The position numbers and the translations under genes were made by a program. From the NCBI GenBank assembly GCA_038496445.1, contig JALMLS010000453.1, positions 124,001 to 188,000 of the forward strand: 64,000 nt of DNA, written 5' to 3'. This DNA comes from Trichosphaerium sp. ATCC 40318. Its lineage: Eukaryota > Protista > Tubulinea. The notes under the pieces are model-generated. The model saw nothing but the letters and a program-made list of their open reading frames with translations. It was not told the origin of the DNA and did not search any database. This document shows, piece after piece, positions 62,378 to 64,000 of the stretch. Positions within the stretch are counted from its first letter, which is position 1. Every line of letters begins with the position of its first letter.

Positions 62378-64000
62378 ATGAGCGAGCCTGTTACGCTATC
62401 TAAAGAGGACGAGCTTAGCTTGTTTCTCGAGAAATGTCAAATAAATAAGTCGTATGTACGTTCTACTAGGTTCACTAGTCACCATTACGCAATAGTGTTA
62501 AAATAAGCGGTTAGGGAAAATTAAAAAGTGGTGATATCGTTGCTAGATTTCCAGAATGTCGCAATTTCCCTCGTTTAATATTCAAACAAGCAATTCCGTA
62601 TGGTTGAAATTTTCTCGTACCGCAATACGCCATTTCCTTTAATTTACCTTCTAGCGTGAACTTACTTGTATCTCATGGTCATTTACGTGATCTAATACGA
62701 TTTTCGTCAGACGACAAGTGGATTTACTTCCCAATAACAAATGGAGAGTTCAGATTATTGATTAAAATCAACAGGCTCAGTGGTGAGGTAATCAAGCCAT
62801 CTTTGACAGCAATATATTTAATTTATCCAAAAAATCCCAACCTTCGCGACGTTGTCTTACGCCACATAGCTTGTTGTTGTACATGACTTGACATCTGATG
62901 CTAATATTGGTTCTACTTCATTACACGCTATTGACGTCAACTATGGATACGTTGGTACTACGTAGTACAGAGTAGATACAGACTCACTATGTTTTTCAAA
63001 CATTTCAACTAAAAGTCGACTTGTTTGTAACTGCCGGCTGTTTCGTCTCACGTGCACTAGCGCTTATAACATCAAGGCGATTGGTGATACTCTCTGAAGA
63101 TAAGTCCGAGCACGTACCCTCATTTCTTTGTCCATCTTACTTATCGATAGAGTACTGTTCCATGAAGCTTTGGAGGGCGTGAATTCTCAAATAAACGGTG
63201 TCACGTTATGTAACACGGTAAAAAGGTTTTTATTTATGTTGCGGTTAATAGCGGTAATAGTAGTGTCTTAGGTATACCCACGTGTTCATTTAAAGGTTTT
63301 AAAACTCGTCTAGGGTATGAGATTTGTCCCAAAGAAGGAACAAATAAAATATCTCTTAGAAACATTCAAACCGTGGCATCACGTCATCAATCAGCTGCTA
63401 TATCATTTGGTAAGGTTTTAGATGTATTTGTATAGCATTATTTTGATCATTAAACTGACCTTTTGTGCGTTTAGGTGGTCCAAAGAATAGAAGTGTCGTA
63501 CGTTTGATGGGTTTTGGAGGGTGTATCTTTACTTGACTTAGAATATATGTCTAGACGGCTTTAAGCAGCCATGGATTGGTGAGCGCAAAGATGATGGTAC
63601 TTTAGTTGAAGATAAAGCAATGATGTTAGATTACACGGAGGTAAAACCTGTACGAAAGAAAAAAAAAGTTCTACAGTTTTCGTGTTTTTTTCAATTTCTG
63701 CTTTTTTGTTTTCCCTCCAATCCACTAGAATCTTGCGGTTTATTTCGCTGAAAAACTCAGTTCTTGTATTTCATGGTGGTAAAACTTTTAATGTTGTGTT
63801 TGATAGGATAGAGATATCAATTACTGGTCTATGATGTCATCATGGGACCCTACAGGAGATATGGTAGCAATTGGGTACGTAAATACTGTAAAAGAAAACG
63901 TGACAAGCTTTCTTTTTTTGAAACAAAAAAAACCTCACAAGTTTACCCGCCCTTCCCTTCTTACGTTTTTGTTTGCCAAATAGTTGCGAAAGTAGTGGTT
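62378..64000 (+). CDS. 5' part of an unidentified multi-exon gene
   Basis: ATG MSEPVTLSKEDELSLFLEKCQINKS|gtatgt followed by several GTACGT...AG-bounded segments; no confident family assignment. Confidence 0.3.

Noticed and set aside
63540-63880. mRNA capping enzyme-like motifs (DGTLVED, LLVYDVI) in the terminal gene
   Set aside because: The matches are too short, exon phases could not be established, and no KxDG motif context was found.

Overview
This is AT-rich (roughly 35% GC by eye), gene-dense eukaryotic DNA in the standard genetic code. It has many short spliceosomal introns (mostly ~40-90 nt, donor consensus GTACGT/GTAAGT), so the ORF track fragments most genes. The Frizzled/Smoothened-like GPCR and the overall gene content suggest a protist, probably an amoebozoan (inference). 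Intron-rich genes include ARP3, a P-type Ca2+-ATPase, a Slo/BK-type K+ channel, a GH3 beta-glucosidase, a CRAL-TRIO protein, a PNPOx-like/FAD-NAD oxidoreductase, a tandem GxDLY-SGNH hydrolase, an MVP/SPFH-like protein, a cupin, an ABM protein and a DUF1990 protein. Interspersed among them is an intronless F-box family: four intact F-box/LRR genes (three built from 21-aa/63-nt repeats), F-box/WD40, F-box/zinc finger, one further F-box-like gene and three decayed copies. Other notable structure: a head-to-head inverted gene duplication, with one copy carrying an 806-bp TA-flanked TIR element in an exon whose terminus may supply a rescuing splice acceptor; a hAT-type MITE with a perfect 8-bp TSD; about 60 copies of the palindrome CACGTG (roughly 9-fold over expectation); GC-AG introns clustered in one gene; and a small Cys-rich gene whose exon 1 sits between inverted copies of exon 2. 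Gene models were spliced by eye and the boundaries need RNA confirmation.
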